Both the position numbers and the translations under genes were made by a program. Below the pieces are notes generated by a model. The model made no database searches. It had not been told where the DNA came from and saw only the letters and a list, made by a program, of their open reading frames with translations. Positions 1 to 9,197 of a stretch of 64,000 nt of DNA are shown one piece after another; within the stretch, counting starts at the first letter, position 1; each line of letters begins with the position of its first letter. Origin of the DNA: a virus (lineage: Duplodnaviria > Caudoviricetes); IMG/VR virus record IMGVR_UViG_3300032218_003260; one strand, written 5' to 3'.

Positions 1-389
1 CGGTCGCAGCTTTCTTGCCACGAGCCGTGAGCAGGTGGATGCGCAAACCCGACAACTTCAGTAATTCCGGCGCAGATAATCGCCCGCGCACACTCGGCGC
101 AGGCGAACCACGGGCAGTACAGCGTCGCGTTACGGGTCGGCACACCCATCTTAGCCGCGCGATAAATAACATTACGCTCGGCGTGCTCAATGTACGAATA
201 CTTGAGCGGCCGCTGCAGTCGATCGACAGTTTTTACAACGTCGAGTGGCAAGCGGTTGGCTTCGACAACAATATCGCCACGCGGCGTGACAAGGACCGCG
301 CCGTTCTGCGTGTGAACGTCGTCCGACACGGTTGTCGCGACGTGACAGGCAATGCGCAAGTAAAACAGCGGATCCATGTGGTCGGGCAT
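1..389 (-). CDS. dCMP deaminase family (Zn-dependent cytidine/deoxycytidylate deaminase), truncated by the window edge
   Basis: Not in the ORF track. Manual translation from ATG 389 gives MPDHMDPLFYLRIAC...YIEHAERNVIY...LYCPWFACAECARAIICAGITEVV, containing the HAE and PCxxC-type Zn motifs. Confidence 0.85.
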   Translation of the reverse strand, partial: MPDHMDPLFYLRIACHVATTVSDDVHTQNGAVLVTPRGDIVVEANRLPLDVVKTVDRLQRPLKYSYIEHAERNVIYRAAKMGVPTRNATLYCPWFACAECARAIICAGITEVVGFAHPPAHGSWQESCD

Positions 390-660
390 AGCTGTAATAA
401 ACGCGGGTTGAATACTGGCAGCAGGACCGCTCGTGTCCCGCTTGTGCTCGTGTAACGTTGGGGCGAAGGAGGCGCTTGGAAACGTTTGAAACCCAGCAAC
501 CAGTATCCGGCACCACGGCTAACCAAGTGTGATGCAAACACCGGGAGGACGACCGGTGTTCTGCGGCGTCACGTCCGGGCTGGCGCAGAACGGACGGGAG
601 TGATCCGCTCGCAGCGCATTCCGGCCACCATGCCGCAACTCTCCCGCGTGTTCAACTCCG
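390..660 (-). ncRNA. candidate structured non-coding RNA or leader
   Basis: No credible ORF in about 270 nt. Several perfect 7-8 bp stems: 591-584/565-558, 560-553/544-537, 506-500/418-412, 649-643/407-401. Confidence 0.35.
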
Positions 661-1194
661 TGAATCCATGTTGTTTAATTTTCGTGCTTGCCGCTTATCG
701 ACGTCGGCCAGAATGCGCTGGATGTGCCGCGAGTCTTCAAAGCTATCTTGCAGATGATCTTCATAGAACACTTCAAGATACGCGGCTGCAACCTTGTCAT
801 CGAGCGATTTGAGCTGTTCAAGGCGCTTCGCGTAGTTTACGACGACTTGGCGTTCCAGCGTGTGCGCTTCGATTAAGATATCTTCGACGCGCGTGTACGT
901 AGCAAACGGGTGTCCGCCGGCGCAGGGCTGAACGAAGTCAAACCCGTACAGGCAGTCTAGAAACTGCTGCACGTGATTCAGTTCGCCCTTGGCCGCTTCC
1001 GTCAGAAACTCTTTGTATTCCTCGGCGTGCAAGCCAGTTACAGCGCTAGCGTGATACAGATAGAACTGCAGGTGCGTCCATTCGTTCTGCAGATCTTCGT
1101 TGATCAATGTCACGAATTCAGCCAGCGTGTATTTACCCGGTTCACCTTCGGGCCCGGGTTCGCCGCTGTGATTTGTTACTCCTTCGTCGGACAT
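652..1194 (-). CDS. ferritin-like / rubrerythrin-like di-iron protein
   Basis: Four-helix pattern with ExxH-type ligands (NEWTH...GELNH...E..VVVNY...DSFED). Confidence 0.7.
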   Translation of the reverse strand: MSDEGVTNHSGEPGPEGEPGKYTLAEFVTLINEDLQNEWTHLQFYLYHASAVTGLHAEEYKEFLTEAAKGELNHVQQFLDCLYGFDFVQPCAGGHPFATYTRVEDILIEAHTLERQVVVNYAKRLEQLKSLDDKVAAAYLEVFYEDHLQDSFEDSRHIQRILADVDKRQARKLNNMDSRS

Positions 1195-1718
1195 AGCAAC
1201 TGCTCCTTCAGGTAAGCCGCAAGGCGTTGGGCCTGCGGTGTTTCTTCACGAATGATCTGCTCGTAACAGACCGCGCCGTACTGCCGAAAGATCTGCACGT
1301 TATTGACGAACCAGCCCATATGGTAACCAGCCCGCATAAAGTTGACCAGATGATTTGTGGCCTCTTCGTCATACACGTAGTTCTGGCAGCCGAACTTATG
1401 CGCCCAGTATTCTTTGGGCTGGCAGTTAATATGTCCGTGTCCGCCCTGCCCCGGAAGCGCGGCACTAAAAATAATCGTCGGCGCCGTCTGCACTAACTTT
1501 TGCACAAACGCGTCGGCCAGTTCCGGGTTGATATGCTCGGCAACTTCAAGACACAAACAGATATCATAACCCCGACACATGTCGAACTGCGGGTCAAACA
1601 CACTGAACTTATCGTGCGGACAAGCCGGGTCTGGATCAATGCCGTCTACGATAAAGCCAGCGGCGCGGAGGGCGTCGACATAGATTCCGGGGCCACAGCC
1701 GACATCAAGAATTTTCAT
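1176..1718 (-). CDS. class I SAM-dependent methyltransferase
   Basis: ILDVGCGPG motif I; CLEVAEH; GQGGHGHINCQ. Confidence 0.85.
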   Translation of the reverse strand: MKILDVGCGPGIYVDALRAAGFIVDGIDPDPACPHDKFSVFDPQFDMCRGYDICLCLEVAEHINPELADAFVQKLVQTAPTIIFSAALPGQGGHGHINCQPKEYWAHKFGCQNYVYDEEATNHLVNFMRAGYHMGWFVNNVQIFRQYGAVCYEQIIREETPQAQRLAAYLKEQLLCPTKE

Positions 1719-2319
1719 TTACGTGCGTCTCCGCGAGCATGTGTAACCCGGCCAGATCAACGGGTGGCCGGATCACCTTGGACACCGGCACGTTCCAGCA
1801 GTCCCACTTGTACTTCCAGCCGTTGTGGCTCGTGGGGTCAACCTCGCCTTTGCGGCCGAACGTGGCGATATCGAAAAAAGCCTTTTTAGGCATGAATCCC
1901 AGCAACCACGCGCGCTCGCAGTCTTTGTGGATCCGCGCAAAACAATACCAGTCACAGAGCTGCCGGACATTCGCGTCGCAGACCGTGCAGTTGTAGAAGT
2001 CGCGCGGAACTTCGTCGTAGTTCTGCAGCTTGGTTTTGACGTCAATGCGCCCCAAGATCGCATCGCGCAGATCCCAGTGGTATATGTCGTCTCCAATCGA
2101 CCGATCCCACTGTTGCGCGTAGAAGTCATGCACAACTTCTTCACCCAAGAGCCCCGTAAACACGCCATAGCCAGCGCGAATCGAGTCGTTTAAATGCGCG
2201 CGGCCGTACTTTTTTAGCAACCGCGCTTCCATCTCGTCCACCCGCGCTAATGCCCGCGCTAGCTGCTCGGATGTAATAAACACTTCAATAACATGCTGCG
2301 TGAATACAGCAGAAGTCAT
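1705..2319 (-). CDS. hypothetical protein, possible PD-(D/E)XK nuclease fold
   Basis: GLLGEE...D...IDVKTK pattern. The ATG at 2319 has an RBS (GAAAGGA); the ORF track extends to 2376. Confidence 0.5.
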   Translation of the reverse strand: MTSAVFTQHVIEVFITSEQLARALARVDEMEARLLKKYGRAHLNDSIRAGYGVFTGLLGEEVVHDFYAQQWDRSIGDDIYHWDLRDAILGRIDVKTKLQNYDEVPRDFYNCTVCDANVRQLCDWYCFARIHKDCERAWLLGFMPKKAFFDIATFGRKGEVDPTSHNGWKYKWDCWNVPVSKVIRPPVDLAGLHMLAETHVNENS

Positions 2320-2380
2320 ACGCGTCCTTTCACTTCGGGGTGGGCGAAGTGTAGCGCGTATATTCACAGCGTGCAATACG

Positions 2381-3088
2381 TTACAGCTTTTTTAGAATCG
2401 CGCCGACGAGCGGATGACGCACGACGTCACTGTGGGCAAACTGCACAGTATCAATGCCCGAGATCCCTTTAAGCTTCGCCACGACTTCGTTCATGGGTGG
2501 CGGCGAAACGGGCAAGTCTGTCTGCTGCGGATCACCAGTGACGATGATTTTTGAGTTCTGCCCGAAGCGGGATAAAAATAACTTAAACTGCGTGTACGTA
2601 GCGTTCTGCGCCTCGTCGAACACGCAGATCGAATCATTGAACGTCCGGCCGCGTAGATAACATAACGGCGCCAGCACCACAGCCCGGTTCACAAACTCAC
2701 GTTTGGAGCCGAACTTACCCAGCAACGTGTCCATGGTGTCGTACAGCGGCTGCATGTACGGATTAACTTTTTCGCCAAATGAGCCCGGCAGATAGCCAAG
2801 TTTTTCACCGGCATCCACGATCGGCCGGGTGAGCACGATCGATTCGGCGCGCTTGGCCAGTATCTCGTTGATAGCAAAAGCCATCGCCAGAAACGTCTTG
2901 CCCGAGCCGGCGGAGCCGAGCAGGAACGTGATGTCGTTCTCGTTTAATGTTTTCCACGCGCGACGTTGGGTTTCCGTGCGCCATTCAATATCGCACGGCG
3001 TCAGTAAAGCTCTAGCTTTTTCTTGTTGATCATGGCGTTTCTTCTCTTTCTTCTCGGCGCGGCGGGTAGGCCGTGATTTGGGCGCCAT
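2381..3088 (-). CDS. phoH: PhoH family ATPase
   Basis: GSAGSGKT Walker A; LTRP; LGYLPGS; LRGRTF; DEAQN; GDPQQTD; DVVRHPLV. Confidence 0.95.
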   Translation of the reverse strand: MAPKSRPTRRAEKKEKKRHDQQEKARALLTPCDIEWRTETQRRAWKTLNENDITFLLGSAGSGKTFLAMAFAINEILAKRAESIVLTRPIVDAGEKLGYLPGSFGEKVNPYMQPLYDTMDTLLGKFGSKREFVNRAVVLAPLCYLRGRTFNDSICVFDEAQNATYTQFKLFLSRFGQNSKIIVTGDPQQTDLPVSPPPMNEVVAKLKGISGIDTVQFAHSDVVRHPLVGAILKKL

Positions 3089-3147
3089 AGAGTAGTGCCT
3101 TCCTTGGTGTAGTACGTGTGTGAGCGCGGCGTAAAGACTCCTTTACG

Positions 3148-5409
3148 TCACAGATCAGCAAGATCGCTTACACGACCAGACTGAAGCGGCTCAACGCCGC
3201 CGGCCGGAGCTTGGTTAGGCTGCGGTGATTGCGGACCGTAGTAGAACGGGTTTCGTACGTTAGGCACGTACGACCGAGCTGTTTGCGCTGCGTTTGTCAC
3301 GCCGCGGCGAACGTCATTGGCTGTATTTACAACAGTGTTACGAGCTGTACCGTAGGCTGTGCCGGCCGCATCGCCAATTGCAGATCCGGCGTCATGCACG
3401 CCTTGACCAATGGCGCGCGGTACGGCCATAGCTGCCTGTCCGGCCTGCTGTAAACCTGCGCCGACGCGGTTGGCCGTGTCCGAACCAAACTGCTGCGCAG
3501 AGCTAATATAAGGATCAACGGCAGGCGCAGTGGCACGATATGCGCCGTAAGTAGCTCCAGCCGCGATCGGCATAGCGACAGCCGTGCGCGCAGCGTTCAT
3601 AGCTGTGCTGCCCGGAACCTGTGTACCCGCCCAACGCGCTACGCTACCGGCGCCGCGGGCAACCTGACCAGCGCCGTACATGCCGGCACCAGTAGCCGCG
3701 CGAATACCGCCGCCGACTGCGTTACCTACGCCGCCGCGCATCATTTGTTGTGCGCCGCCGCTGGCCATTCGCGCGCCGCGGTTTACAGCCGCATTACCAA
3801 GCTCGCCAGCCGCGGCGCCGGTAGCCCGACTTACAGCGCGTGCGCCGCCAGCCACAGCACGACCACCGCCGCGGGCCATCGCGCCGAGACCTTTGGCGCC
3901 AGCGCCGATTAAACCACTCACGAGCCCAGCAGCTTCTTTTTCGCCGTGCGACTGCTGCGCGTTCGCTGCGTCTGTCGGTACGGGGTTGGGCGCCGAGCGT
4001 TGCTTGTCGTCAATAATCTTGTTACTGCCGCGCGCACTCGGCGTGCAGTTCATCTCAGTCTTGCCGCGGGCCGCACTAGAGCGCGCTTTTTTCTCTTTCT
4101 TGTCTTTCTTCTTGCTGCCGACCGGGCGGCACGAGTCGTTGCTGTAGGGCTTCTTACCCGGCACCGGCTCATAACCAGTCCAACACCGACCCGCTGCTTT
4201 ACCAAACTCCAGCGCCGAGCCTTGCTTCATACCGTTCGTGCTCGCGTTCTGCAGCTGCGGCATAAGCTGTTCAATGATATTTCTATTGTGGGTCAGAAAG
4301 TCATACATCTGCCGACCCTGTCCGCTGCTCATGTTGGGATCGCGCCCCATCAGCATCGTCGTGCCGAACTCCGGGCTCAACTGACTCAGCGCGTTGATCT
4401 GATCCATCGGGTTCCCGCCACCACCGCCAAGCATGCTGTACAACCCGTTGGCGCCCTGACCGACCATGCGCCGAGCACCGTCGCCGAACATACCGGCACC
4501 AGCGGCACCAAGACCAGCGGCGCCCAGACCCAGTGCGCCCATGCCGGCACCCAAACCCGTGTTCCCGCGGCCGCCCATAAACGCACCAGCCAGCGCCAGC
4601 GGAACACCAGCGCCGATCGCGTAGCGGGCTTCGATCGGCAGGCTGTTCCACATACCCGTCAGCCCGCCGTTGTTGGGATTCGCCTCAGCGTGCTGCGCCA
4701 TGGACATCTGCGTATTCATCTGCTGCGCATCGACGTTTTCAGACGTCGGTTCACTGCCGAGGCCCATGGCTTTTCCGGCATAGTGCATGCCGGCCGCGCC
4801 GGTCCCAGCGCCTACCGCTAGATTCAACGGATTGCGCGCGTTCGTCATGGCCGAAGAACCGCCGCCCATCCACTCAGGAAGATTCTTCGCCGCAGCCTGT
4901 GTCCGACCAACCGTCTGATCACCAAAACGCTGGCCGGCAGCGCGCGGATCTAAACCACGCACGCCTTGCACCATGTCGTCGGCTTTGTTAAGACCACGCC
5001 GCATGACATTCATCGTGCCGCGGCCAAGGCCGCCGACGGCATCGACCGCTTGGCCCGCCAGTCGGCCGGGTGTGCCGTGATACAAAGAAGCGGCCTGACC
5101 TTGCGCGGCACGGGCAGCAGCATCGAGACGGCTGGGTCCTGTCGGTTTCGCCGTAAGCGGCACTGCTTTGTAACGATCCTTGAGCGGAATGGTCAGCGGA
5201 TCAACAACGTTTTGTTGCATGCCGCGCTGATAGCCGCGCGTGGCGCTCGTGCCGCGATTGACGAGCTGTTTTCCGCCGCGCACCGCATCATCGGCAAGAC
5301 CTTTGACGGCTTTAGTGCCGGCGCCGATAATGCCGCTCAGTAATTTATCGCGCGCGCCGGCTTCTTTTTCAAGCGCAGCGATGTGTTGACCAAACTCATA
5401 TGCGTTCAT
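3148..5409 (-). CDS. Gly/Ala-rich modular protein, putative internal virion protein (YEFG/KxA family)
   Basis: 753 aa. Starts MNAYEFGQHIAALEKEAG; internal ALEFGKAAG, CWTGYEPVPGKKPYSNDSC and EKEAAGLVSG; Gly-rich hydrophobic segments. Confidence 0.6.
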   Translation of the reverse strand: MNAYEFGQHIAALEKEAGARDKLLSGIIGAGTKAVKGLADDAVRGGKQLVNRGTSATRGYQRGMQQNVVDPLTIPLKDRYKAVPLTAKPTGPSRLDAAARAAQGQAASLYHGTPGRLAGQAVDAVGGLGRGTMNVMRRGLNKADDMVQGVRGLDPRAAGQRFGDQTVGRTQAAAKNLPEWMGGGSSAMTNARNPLNLAVGAGTGAAGMHYAGKAMGLGSEPTSENVDAQQMNTQMSMAQHAEANPNNGGLTGMWNSLPIEARYAIGAGVPLALAGAFMGGRGNTGLGAGMGALGLGAAGLGAAGAGMFGDGARRMVGQGANGLYSMLGGGGGNPMDQINALSQLSPEFGTTMLMGRDPNMSSGQGRQMYDFLTHNRNIIEQLMPQLQNASTNGMKQGSALEFGKAAGRCWTGYEPVPGKKPYSNDSCRPVGSKKKDKKEKKARSSAARGKTEMNCTPSARGSNKIIDDKQRSAPNPVPTDAANAQQSHGEKEAAGLVSGLIGAGAKGLGAMARGGGRAVAGGARAVSRATGAAAGELGNAAVNRGARMASGGAQQMMRGGVGNAVGGGIRAATGAGMYGAGQVARGAGSVARWAGTQVPGSTAMNAARTAVAMPIAAGATYGAYRATAPAVDPYISSAQQFGSDTANRVGAGLQQAGQAAMAVPRAIGQGVHDAGSAIGDAAGTAYGTARNTVVNTANDVRRGVTNAAQTARSYVPNVRNPFYYGPQSPQPNQAPAGGVEPLQSGRVSDLADL

Positions 5410-5557
5410 GAGTGTTCTCTTCCTGTTTTGTTATCTGTGGCGGCTCTGGGTAATTACACCGGCCGCCTTCGCAACATGTTTCCAAAATAATGCGACAAAA
5501 TGGACACACCAGTTTGCCACGAATTTCAATTCCGGGGCTTTCGCATTGCGGGCACAT
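5396..5557 (-). CDS. small Cys-rich Zn-ribbon protein (53 aa)
   Basis: Not in the ORF track. MCPQCESPGIEIRGKLVCPFCRIILETCCEGGRC...; the ATG overlaps the upstream TAA (TAATG coupling). Confidence 0.7.
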   Translation of the reverse strand: MCPQCESPGIEIRGKLVCPFCRIILETCCEGGRCNYPEPPQITKQEENTHERI

Positions 5558-6189
5558 TACCACTCAAACTCCACCGGTTTGCGCGTCTTGTAGCTGAAGT
5601 CAACGTCGAGCGGCGACTGAAACCGCACACTAGGTAGAGGTAATTTAGGCGCTACCGCAGCTGTCCCGCCAAGTAAACCAGCAGCGGCAAGTGTCGGGAC
5701 GCCAAGTGGCGCGTCACCTACCGCGCGCACGCCCTTACCAACAGCCTGCAAGCCTTCGCCGGCTAAGTTCACTGCATGACCGGCGCCGCGCAAGCCCGAG
5801 CCGCCGAGTCGCATGCCGTGGCCAAGTACGCCGCGGATATCTCGGGTGGTTCGTGTGCTGCCGCTGCCAATATTGTTAATCATGCTCTTGCCGGTCGTCT
5901 GCATGCCGCGGCCCGTGCCTAACAGCAGTCCGCCAAGACCCGTTGAGTTGCCAAGGCTCGTACCGTCTTTTGGACTGAACGTGGGCCGGGCTTTTGTACC
6001 AATAATCTCGCCAGCGCCCTGTAAACCGCGGCCAAAACCTTTAACAATACTTTGCGAGCCGCGATTGATCGTCTGCGCGCCGCGGCCAATACCAGACGCC
6101 GCGTTAGCAAGCCGCGCGACAATCTTTTCAAACCCGGCGCCCTGTTTTTCTAGCTGGCCGACGTTGTATCCAAACTCATATGCGTTCAT
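5557..6189 (-). CDS. Gly-rich protein, YEFG/KxA family
   Basis: Starts MNAYEFGYNVGQLEKQGAG. Confidence 0.65.
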   Translation of the reverse strand: MNAYEFGYNVGQLEKQGAGFEKIVARLANAASGIGRGAQTINRGSQSIVKGFGRGLQGAGEIIGTKARPTFSPKDGTSLGNSTGLGGLLLGTGRGMQTTGKSMINNIGSGSTRTTRDIRGVLGHGMRLGGSGLRGAGHAVNLAGEGLQAVGKGVRAVGDAPLGVPTLAAAGLLGGTAAVAPKLPLPSVRFQSPLDVDFSYKTRKPVEFEW

Positions 6190-6207
6190 GTTTACTGCTC
6201 CTCGATA

Positions 6208-6894
6208 TTAAAAGCTGGCCAGCGGTGTGTTGGCCTGACCGCCACCATAGATGCCGGGACCGCTGGGCTGGAACTGTTGTGCCGGTTGTCCGCCGCCAAC
6301 GCCCATCATGCCTAAACCTGCACTCCCCACGGCGCCCGCAATCGGTAACGCCAACGGAGCCGTTTGCATCGGATTCTTAATGGCAGCGTTGTACATCTTG
6401 CCAACCCTGCCCGGATTTTGAATTGTCGGCAGCGCCTTCTGCAAGACACCGCTGGCAGCCCGATTCGCGCCACTGACAGCCGCCGTGCCCTTGGTTAGAA
6501 ATTGCTGCGAACCGCGAGTGAGCGCTTTGCCAGTATTCGTAAAGCCGGCGCGGGCGAGCTGTTTGCCGCCGCCAGCAATCGCGCGGCCAACGCCCTTGGC
6601 AGCAAAGCCCCAGCCGGGAATGAAGCTCAGCGCGCCGCTCAACCCAGACATACCAGCGTCCATAAATCGGCCGTTGTACAGGTGACGCGAGACGTCGTTA
6701 ATCGCTGTGGGCACGCCGGTAAACGGGTTCGAGTACAGCGCCGTGTCAGCAATCATGCCGCGCTGCGTTGGGTCGCCTAACGGGTTGATTTGACCCATTG
6801 CTGACCCTGTACCAAGTACTGCGTCACCAAGGGCGTTCTGCGCCCGCTTTTCTGTTGCCAGCCCGACACTGTAGCCAAATTCATATGGACGCAT
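6208..6894 (-). CDS. Gly-rich protein, YEFG/KxA family
   Basis: ATG 6894 gives MRPYEFGYSVGLATEKRAQ, matching the paralogous N-termini; the ORF track start (6951) is probably too long. Confidence 0.65.
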   Translation of the reverse strand: MRPYEFGYSVGLATEKRAQNALGDAVLGTGSAMGQINPLGDPTQRGMIADTALYSNPFTGVPTAINDVSRHLYNGRFMDAGMSGLSGALSFIPGWGFAAKGVGRAIAGGGKQLARAGFTNTGKALTRGSQQFLTKGTAAVSGANRAASGVLQKALPTIQNPGRVGKMYNAAIKNPMQTAPLALPIAGAVGSAGLGMMGVGGGQPAQQFQPSGPGIYGGGQANTPLASF

Positions 6895-6920
6895 AGATAA
6901 CTCCAGCGGCGAACAGCAAT

Positions 6921-7460
6921 TTATTGTTTTGGCGCGCATTCCCGACTGCACCGAAATACCAGCGAATAGCGTGTATCCGCAACTGGGAGTATTTCATGGT
7001 TCCAATTGTAGCGAATTTCGTCGCGCAGTTGTACAAGACTTCGCGGCGGCAGTTCCACGGAAAAAGCACGCTTCTGCAGTGTAAACACCATGGTGGCAGG
7101 CGTAAGTAAGCTTAATACCGTGATTACCGCACCGCCTTCCGGTAAATCCACATGCGGTTTGATCACCTGTTTTTTCAAATATTGATTCAGCGTAATGGAG
7201 TCCGGGCGCTGTTCTACAAGGTTCTGCGCCACAAGCCTGTCCAGCACAAACTGAAAATGTTCTGGAATCGTGTCCGACAAAATATCATTCGGATACGGAA
7301 CAGGCGAACCCCACCGCTGAATCACGTTTCGCGTACGGGCGTGCCGGCGGGTGTACCCAGTTGGAATGTTCGCTTCGATGTGCGCGAGCAATGTTTGTTC
7401 TTCAACGGGCGACAAAAACTTGTCAATAAGCGTGAGTGTGTAAACATCGGATGGGAGCAT
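6921..7460 (-). CDS. AlkB-like 2OG-Fe(II) dioxygenase
   Basis: TLNQY...PHVD (HxD)...H...RYSLVFR. Confidence 0.85.
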   Translation of the reverse strand: MLPSDVYTLTLIDKFLSPVEEQTLLAHIEANIPTGYTRRHARTRNVIQRWGSPVPYPNDILSDTIPEHFQFVLDRLVAQNLVEQRPDSITLNQYLKKQVIKPHVDLPEGGAVITVLSLLTPATMVFTLQKRAFSVELPPRSLVQLRDEIRYNWNHEILPVADTRYSLVFRCSRECAPKQ

Positions 7461-7475
7461 GACTGCAATCGCCGT

Positions 7476-7850
7476 TTATTGGTGTGGCGCGGTTGGGCAT
7501 CGACGCTGTGCACGCATTTCTCTGCGAAAAGCCGCCGCCATTTTGCGCACATTGCGGTTATAGCAATGATAGTTAAAAAAGTGCCCAAACATAAAGTGAC
7601 ACGGCGACTCACACAACGTCATAAGATTGCTTTCAGTCAATTCCAACTCCGGCGCAATGCTGACCGGAAAAATATGATGCACGGCAAGGTTTTTTGTCCG
7701 CCCGCACACTTCGCAGGCGGGATGTTTTTTTAAATGCTCGGCCCTGACTCTGCGCCACTCGCCTGCTCGCTGCCGCTGTTCAAGGATGTACCGAGGCCGC
7801 AACCAGAGCGGCAGCCAGCTGACGAAGTAGTCGCGCAAGTAAGTAAACAT
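7476..7850 (-). CDS. HNH endonuclease
   Basis: CEVC...VHHIFP...NLMTLCESPCHFMFGH. Confidence 0.8.
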   Translation of the reverse strand: MFTYLRDYFVSWLPLWLRPRYILEQRQRAGEWRRVRAEHLKKHPACEVCGRTKNLAVHHIFPVSIAPELELTESNLMTLCESPCHFMFGHFFNYHCYNRNVRKMAAAFRREMRAQRRCPTAPHQ

Positions 7851-7972
7851 GGTCGGACTTTCGTACTGCCGCGAGCATACGGCGGGTCATACGGGCAGTG
7901 TTTGCATTTTTTGCCGCAACAACTGCGCTGCGCCAGAAGAATTTCGCGAGATAGCGGCGGATACTTACTCAC
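7730..7972 (-). CDS. small Cys-rich protein (DUF5522-like CCGxxCxxCPY)
   Basis: LSREILLAQRSCCGKKCKHCPY; overlaps the HNH ORF, so its extent is uncertain. Confidence 0.45.
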   Translation of the reverse strand: MSKYPPLSREILLAQRSCCGKKCKHCPYDPPYARGSTKVRPCLLTCATTSSAGCRSGCGLGTSLNSGSEQASGAESGPSI

Positions 7973-8222
7973 ATTCGTTGTACTTCACAACCAGATACGT
8001 CCCGAGAAAAGCACCGAGCGCCAACGGGAATACATACAGCGGATTCTTAGAATACGAAAGCACGCCATACGCGCCCAAGCTATACAAAAAAGAACTTACC
8101 ACCGCGGCGTTAATTGGTTGGCGCTTGCCGACGCAAATTACATACATGGCATACAGAATATCAATGACTACGTACGTCACGAAGATCATGCCCGCCGTAG
8201 GCCAGTGAAAATCCTGCCACAT
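7965..8222 (-). CDS. small membrane protein
   Basis: ATG 8222 gives MWQDFHW...; about three hydrophobic segments. Confidence 0.6.
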   Translation of the reverse strand: MWQDFHWPTAGMIFVTYVVIDILYAMYVICVGKRQPINAAVVSSFLYSLGAYGVLSYSKNPLYVFPLALGAFLGTYLVVKYNECE

Positions 8223-8232
8223 AGTTGTTGCC

Positions 8233-8586
8233 TCACATGACAGTAGACGCGTGTGTGAACTTCTTCTCGTAGTGCGAATAGATCTCAGCAAACGCCACGC
8301 CCCACGCAGCGTCGTGGGCGAGCTTGTTAAACGCAGCGTCGTCCACCGCGGTATCCAGTCGGTGATTCCATGCCCGTGCGTGCGCCCACTCATGGATCAA
8401 AACGTCCATAGCGCGAGATTCATCCAGACTTTTGTCAATCTGAATGTGGAACTTCTTGCCCTGTTTCCAGCAGCGGCCCTCTAGTTTAGATAGCTTTACC
8501 CGCCGCGCACTGACGGGAAAAGCCGCGGGACACTCGTCTTTGAGCATCCGCAGGAGGGCTTGGTAATACTTAAAACGAGCCGCCAT
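8233..8586 (-). CDS. zincin-like metallopeptidase (HExxH)
   Basis: VLIHEWAHA plus a downstream H(DAAW); ATG 8586 has an AGGAGG RBS. Confidence 0.65.
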   Translation of the reverse strand: MAARFKYYQALLRMLKDECPAAFPVSARRVKLSKLEGRCWKQGKKFHIQIDKSLDESRAMDVLIHEWAHARAWNHRLDTAVDDAAFNKLAHDAAWGVAFAEIYSHYEKKFTHASTVM

Positions 8587-8637
8587 GCTCAGTCCTCCTG
8601 AAGGGCGTCCTTGCCGCAACAGGGTGATTATACTTGA

Positions 8638-9182
8638 GCTGGCGGAGTTTGGCGCCGCAGTTTATTTGCGACTCATAAAAAATCTGCAGCGTCGTCGGAA
8701 GTTTCAGAGATCGGGGCTTTCGCCCAAAGTTGTGATTTTTGGCGGGGCGGGCGGGCGGGCAGGAGCTGTAGGTCGGGCGGGAACTTGCGGTTTAGGCGGG
8801 AGAGGCGCAGCCGACATTCCAGCACGCCCTAAACCTCCGCGAGAAGCGCCCAATGAATTAAATCGTTGGGTTTGCGCTTGAGCTGCCGTCACCCCTGCCT
8901 GTTGCGATTGCGGAACCGGAACATTCTGGCCCGTAGGCGTCTGTACCCGAACACCATTTACATACTGCCCAGCCGGAAGATTCGCCTTTAAACGCGCATT
9001 CCGAATTCGGGCCTCAATTCCCTCTCGGTCTAACCCCTCGTCATCAATATTGGGGTAAGCATCGAGGGCTTGTTTTATTAACCGACCAAACTCAAATGGA
9101 TTCACGATAATTCCTATGTTATTTTAGTCCAAACATGTTCGTGGTTCTGCCGTATGTCTGTTGCGACGCTGGCGGAGTTTGG
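8638..9182. repeat. exact 15-bp intergenic direct repeat GCTGGCGGAGTTTGG at 8638-8652 and 9168-9182
   Basis: Both copies are intergenic, each is followed by TTTATT 8-9 nt later, and together they flank ORF 8704-9105. Confidence 0.7.
8704..9105 (-). CDS. Pro-rich protein, YEFG/KxA family
   Basis: Starts MNPFEFGRLIKQALD. Confidence 0.6.
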   Translation of the reverse strand: MNPFEFGRLIKQALDAYPNIDDEGLDREGIEARIRNARLKANLPAGQYVNGVRVQTPTGQNVPVPQSQQAGVTAAQAQTQRFNSLGASRGGLGRAGMSAAPLPPKPQVPARPTAPARPPAPPKITTLGESPDL

Positions 9183-9197
9183 TGGCAGCGATTTATT

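Noticed and set aside
1-660. Stop-codon recoding (TAG to Gln or TGA to Trp) to extend the dCMP deaminase or ferritin ORFs
   Set aside because: The read-through sequence is not protein-like. TAG and TGA end many well-defined genes and the tmRNA tag, and there is no clear suppressor tRNA.
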